This document shows positions 43,568-44,301 of a DNA stretch of 44,301 nucleotides, piece after piece. The DNA is from a virus (taxonomy: Duplodnaviria > Caudoviricetes). The position numbers and the translations under genes are program-made. The notes beneath the pieces were generated by a model that was not told the DNA's origin, ran no database searches, and saw nothing but the letters and a program-made list of their open reading frames with translations. The stretch spans positions 1 to 44,301 of IMG/VR virus record IMGVR_UViG_3300029224_000129; one strand, 5' to 3'. Each line of letters starts with the position of its first letter. Position 1 is the stretch's first letter.

Positions 43568-43801
43568 TCAATGCATTGCCCCCCGGTCAATTTGGGACAA
43601 CAGCTCAGACATTCTTGTTTTTTCTTGGGTGTATTCCTCTCCGTAAACTTCGGTCCAAATCAGGTCAATTCGGTTCAGCACATAGAGTAATTGTTGGGCA
43701 TGGCCTTTGCATTCAGCGAATGCCAGTTGCTCCATAACCACATCGGCTTGAAGCCTCCATAAAGCGTAAATGGTTGCCATTTTTGACAAAGAGGTGCTCA
43801 T
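43568..43801 (-). CDS. Hypothetical protein
   Basis: GGAGG RBS, ATGA coupling with the upstream gene. Confidence 0.6.
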   Translation of the reverse strand: MSTSLSKMATIYALWRLQADVVMEQLAFAECKGHAQQLLYVLNRIDLIWTEVYGEEYTQEKTRMSELLSQIDRGAMH

Positions 43802-44301
43802 GCGCGCCTCCCGGCCAATTTAATGACTTCTCGAATATATTTTGAAACGGTATGTGGGTGGATGTTTTGCTGTCTGGCAATTTGCTTATTGCTTTGACCC
43901 GCCCAATAAAGTCTGCCGATTTCACGAATACGGCGTTGACGACGTTTGGCGTCAATCAAGCGTTTAAATCGTGTGACAGCGAATTCTAAATTTTGCCAAG
44001 GCACACCAAGGCTGTCCGCAACGGTTTTTAAAGCTTCACGGTTCTTTACAAAATTATTGGTGACACCATCACGGCGGAGCTTGCGATAACCAACACGGCC
44101 AAGAATATGAAATTCAGCTTTGTGCTTTTCACTACGTTCATGCTCTCGTTGTTTATTCGCATCAGAATTGCGATGTGCCTTGGCGGCGGCGATCCGTGCG
44201 ATTTGCTCAAACTTGGAACCATTGGCACCAAACCATTCAGCAACCTCAATCGGCATTTCAATTGTGAGTGAAACATAACCGCGGCGTGGATGATCAGACA
44301 T
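43798..44301 (-). CDS. Protein with C-terminal HTH (LuxR/sigma-r4-like); may start beyond the window
   Basis: IGRLY..GQSNKQIARQ.NIH..TVSKYI. Confidence 0.7.
   Translation of the reverse strand: MSDHPRRGYVSLTIEMPIEVAEWFGANGSKFEQIARIAAAKAHRNSDANKQREHERSEKHKAEFHILGRVGYRKLRRDGVTNNFVKNREALKTVADSLGVPWQNLEFAVTRFKRLIDAKRRQRRIREIGRLYWAGQSNKQIARQQNIHPHTVSKYIREVIKLAGRRA

Larger units (their letters stand above)
38663..44301 (-). mobile_element. Integrative element with tyrosine integrase, Xis, two XRE regulators and HUH Rep (partial)
   Basis: Co-oriented HTH-hyp-rep-xre-xre-xis-int cluster outside the Mu end. Confidence 0.8.

Noticed and set aside
43209-43571. 120-aa ORF upstream of rep
   Set aside because: Ser/Cys/Arg-rich atypical composition over hairpins and repeats suggests an origin; the ATGA overlaps at both ends mean it cannot be fully excluded

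Overview
Most of the window (from before position 1 to 38662) is a near-complete Mu-like transposable myovirus prophage, probably of an alphaproteobacterium, read on the minus strand. Gene order from the right: left end (TG.. at 38662), divergent repressor/ner switch, ParB-like gene, MuA DDE transposase, MuB ATPase, a semi-essential region (DUF3164/Gam-like, MT-A70 and a second methyltransferase, HNH, ASCH), gemA, mor/C, a lysis cassette with an L,D-transpeptidase-fold enzyme, terminase, portal, MuF, protease, capsid, neck, contractile tail, baseplate and tail fibre. The phage right end is not in the window. The prophage appears inserted into the last codons of the tyrosine integrase of a second element (38663 to beyond 44301) carrying int, xis, two XRE regulators and an HUH rolling-circle Rep. 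Most notable observations: (1) a promoter-driven ~104-nt cloverleaf/kissing-loop RNA convergent with a MuF protein that ends in a PBECR2-like RNase domain and has no immunity ORF, a candidate RNA-antitoxin system; (2) a c4-type antisense RNA cassette controlling a protein that is only the DNA-binding part of a foreign Mu-type transposase; (3) an internally deleted, frameshifted Dam-like methylase relic; (4) two identical 18-bp palindromic late-activator boxes with identical spacing to CATGAT -10 elements; (5) the Mu-type GGGGGCGA -2 frameshift; (6) a signal-peptide-like extension on the major capsid protein. Protein family calls come from recognised motifs and synteny, not database searches.
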